From the IMG/VR virus record IMGVR_UViG_3300032265_002598, positions 137,068-201,067 of that record: a stretch of DNA of 64,000 nt. One strand, given 5' to 3'. The notes beneath the pieces were generated by a model, which was given only the letters and a program-made list of their open reading frames with translations, made no database searches and was not told where the DNA came from. Positions 62,500 to 64,000 of the stretch are shown here, piece by piece. Position numbers and translations under genes: made by a program. Every line of letters begins with the position of its first letter. Positions within the stretch are counted from its first letter, which is position 1. This DNA is from a virus. Lineage: Duplodnaviria; Caudoviricetes.

Positions 62500-63409
62500 T
62501 TGAAATCTCTCTGGTTAAAAGTTCACTGTACTCTGCAATAGCCAAGTCTTTAGCTTTCAATTCCATATCAAGATCAAACTCTAGTCCATAAGTATTCAAG
62601 GGTTTTACTGCATAATCTGCGTGTTTACGAGGATTAGTTCCTAGTGATGATTCGCTATAATGAAAAAGAGGTTTTGTTTGCCAAGTTTCCCAGCACATAT
62701 TAATAGCATCACTTTCCGACAAATTATTGGGGTGACATTTATGATGCAGATAATCGAAGCAGATCGGGATGCGTGTAATTGGATAGAAAATATCTACCAA
62801 TTCTTGAACACTCCAACAATTTAGTTTATCATCGTTCTCTATTGTTATACGATCCTGACAATTTTTGTCCAGTTTTTTGAAGTTGTTATAAAATCTGTGG
62901 GCAATTTCTTCTCTGGTTCCATTATTGTTATGAACATGAAAATTCATGGGTGATCTACGGTCTGCTGGCAACCCTATTCTGTCAAAGAAACTACTGTAGA
63001 AGTTGAGTTCTGAGATTGTTTTTTCGACAACTTTTTCATTGAGACTTGCCAAACTATTAAATTCACTAGGATGAGCAGAAACCCGAACATTAGTATTGGT
63101 AATAGTATTTGCGATATTGTCGAACTCATCTTGGATAGCATCATGATTAGGTAAATCTTCCAATTCAACATTTGCTTCATCATAAGTAATAAGTGGAAAA
63201 ATATCGCTACTAACGCGATAGGTATAATTATTTTCTGCACAAAACTGAATAGTCTTGTTTGTTGTAACTAGATTATTTAGAATTCTATCTCCAAGAGTTT
63301 CTAATGCTTCTTCTCTTGGCAAAGAATTAAAACGCTTAAAGGTCATAGTCTGATGACCAAAACCTTGATCTTTAAGTTTGAGAGAAATGCAACACAGTCC
63401 GAATCTCAT
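62489..63409 (-). CDS. uvsE: UV-damage endonuclease (UvsE/UvdE)
   Basis: GLCCIS, YRVSSDIFP, RVSAHP, HVH, TIENDD, CFDYLHH, FHYSES, HADY, MELKAKD. Confidence 0.93.
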   Translation of the reverse strand: MRFGLCCISLKLKDQGFGHQTMTFKRFNSLPREEALETLGDRILNNLVTTNKTIQFCAENNYTYRVSSDIFPLITYDEANVELEDLPNHDAIQDEFDNIANTITNTNVRVSAHPSEFNSLASLNEKVVEKTISELNFYSSFFDRIGLPADRRSPMNFHVHNNNGTREEIAHRFYNNFKKLDKNCQDRITIENDDKLNCWSVQELVDIFYPITRIPICFDYLHHKCHPNNLSESDAINMCWETWQTKPLFHYSESSLGTNPRKHADYAVKPLNTYGLEFDLDMELKAKDLAIAEYSELLTREISNVS

Positions 63410-63427
63410 AATACCTCCGTTTACAGG

Positions 63428-63456
63428 ATTCTATCACAGTATCGTCCAACTGTCAA
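63428..63456 (-). promoter_or_regulatory. sigma70-type promoter of uvsE
   Basis: TTGACA-N17-TAGAAT with ACGAT in the spacer; GGAGG RBS downstream. Confidence 0.8.
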
Positions 63457-63470
63457 CTGAGACTTGAGAA

Positions 63471-64000
63471 TTATTCGTATTCAGCCAATAAAGCTTGTCG
63501 AATAGGATCGGTTAAATTATTTCTATCTAGATAAAAAGACAGATTGGGATTAAAAGTATTAGGCATATGTTCTAATACTCTTTGTGAATAAATAGGATTT
63601 TTAGGTCTAATCCTCAATTCTCTATTTAAATGATAAGACCATAAGTAAGCATTAGACGCTCTAATGTATTTATCGACATCAAAATCTTCTATAGGACAAT
63701 TTTTAACTAATTTCAAAACTCTTTTTTCACAATCATGTTCTATCTCTAGAATATCATGTAAGCTTTGATTTAATTGTTCATCAGTAATCTTACAATCTTT
63801 AATAAAAACATTATGAACTAATGATGGGAAACTGATCCAGTCAAAAAGAATATCGTAGGTGGACATACTTCTATCCAATAGTTTGCGATCTTCTTTCCAT
63901 TGTAAAAAATGACAATATTCATGGATAAGAATTTCAAAACCCATACGATGTTTCATAGCAACAGCAAATTCTCTTTCATCTTCATCAATAGAACACCATC
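63471..64000 (-). CDS. Zincin-like (HExxH) metallopeptidase-domain protein; 5' end beyond the window
   Basis: IHEYCHFLQW...LEIEHDCE; the frame stays open to the window edge (WCSIDEDEREFAVAMKHR...). Confidence 0.65.
   Translation of the reverse strand, partial: WCSIDEDEREFAVAMKHRMGFEILIHEYCHFLQWKEDRKLLDRSMSTYDILFDWISFPSLVHNVFIKDCKITDEQLNQSLHDILEIEHDCEKRVLKLVKNCPIEDFDVDKYIRASNAYLWSYHLNRELRIRPKNPIYSQRVLEHMPNTFNPNLSFYLDRNNLTDPIRQALLAEYE

Noticed and set aside
1-64000. CRISPR array, integrase/att sites, transposase, DGR template repeat
   Set aside because: No regularly spaced short direct repeats, recombinase, transposase or reverse-transcriptase motifs were seen; the 198-bp repeats are in-frame protein repeats
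1-64000. Alternative genetic code (stop-codon reassignment)
   Set aside because: Long conserved genes are intact and tightly packed under the standard code, and TAA, TAG and TGA all terminate well-supported genes

Overview
A 64 kb segment of a large, AT-rich, tailed dsDNA bacteriophage genome (jumbo/T4-like scale); the host cannot be determined from this window. Essentially every real gene is on the minus strand and tightly packed, and the plus-strand ORFs in the track look like antisense shadows. By coordinate the window holds: (1) a replication/recombination block (DnaG 5' end, DnaB, RecA/UvsX-like, PhoH, monomeric class II RNR); (2) a glycosylation cluster (UDP-galactopyranose mutase plus five GT-like genes) and dCMP deaminase; (3) a putative virion/envelope block (1247-aa beta-solenoid, an active and an apparently dead papain-like protease, a 198-bp tandem-repeat protein, several membrane and holin-like proteins); (4) ClpP, a degenerate DeoC-fold protein, a sigma factor, bacterioferritin, GMP reductase, two SET-domain proteins, NDT, a macrodomain, and S8 and S1 proteases; (5) a volactin/salactin-like actin with a membrane-protein neighbour, and RuvB with a Zn-ribbon/RuvA-domain-III partner; (6) an early region with host-type sigma70 promoters carrying RepB'-like primase, rIIA/rIIB, a kinase, a phosphoesterase, PspC, a HhH glycosylase, ATP-dependent ligase, EndoVII, UvsE and a second deaminase. 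RNA genes missed by the ORF track are tRNA-Leu(UAA) split by a 202-nt group I intron, tRNA-Ile(UAU), a tmRNA (tag AGKTSLALAA) and a degenerate tRNA-like element. All family assignments come from reading motifs by eye; no database searches were run.
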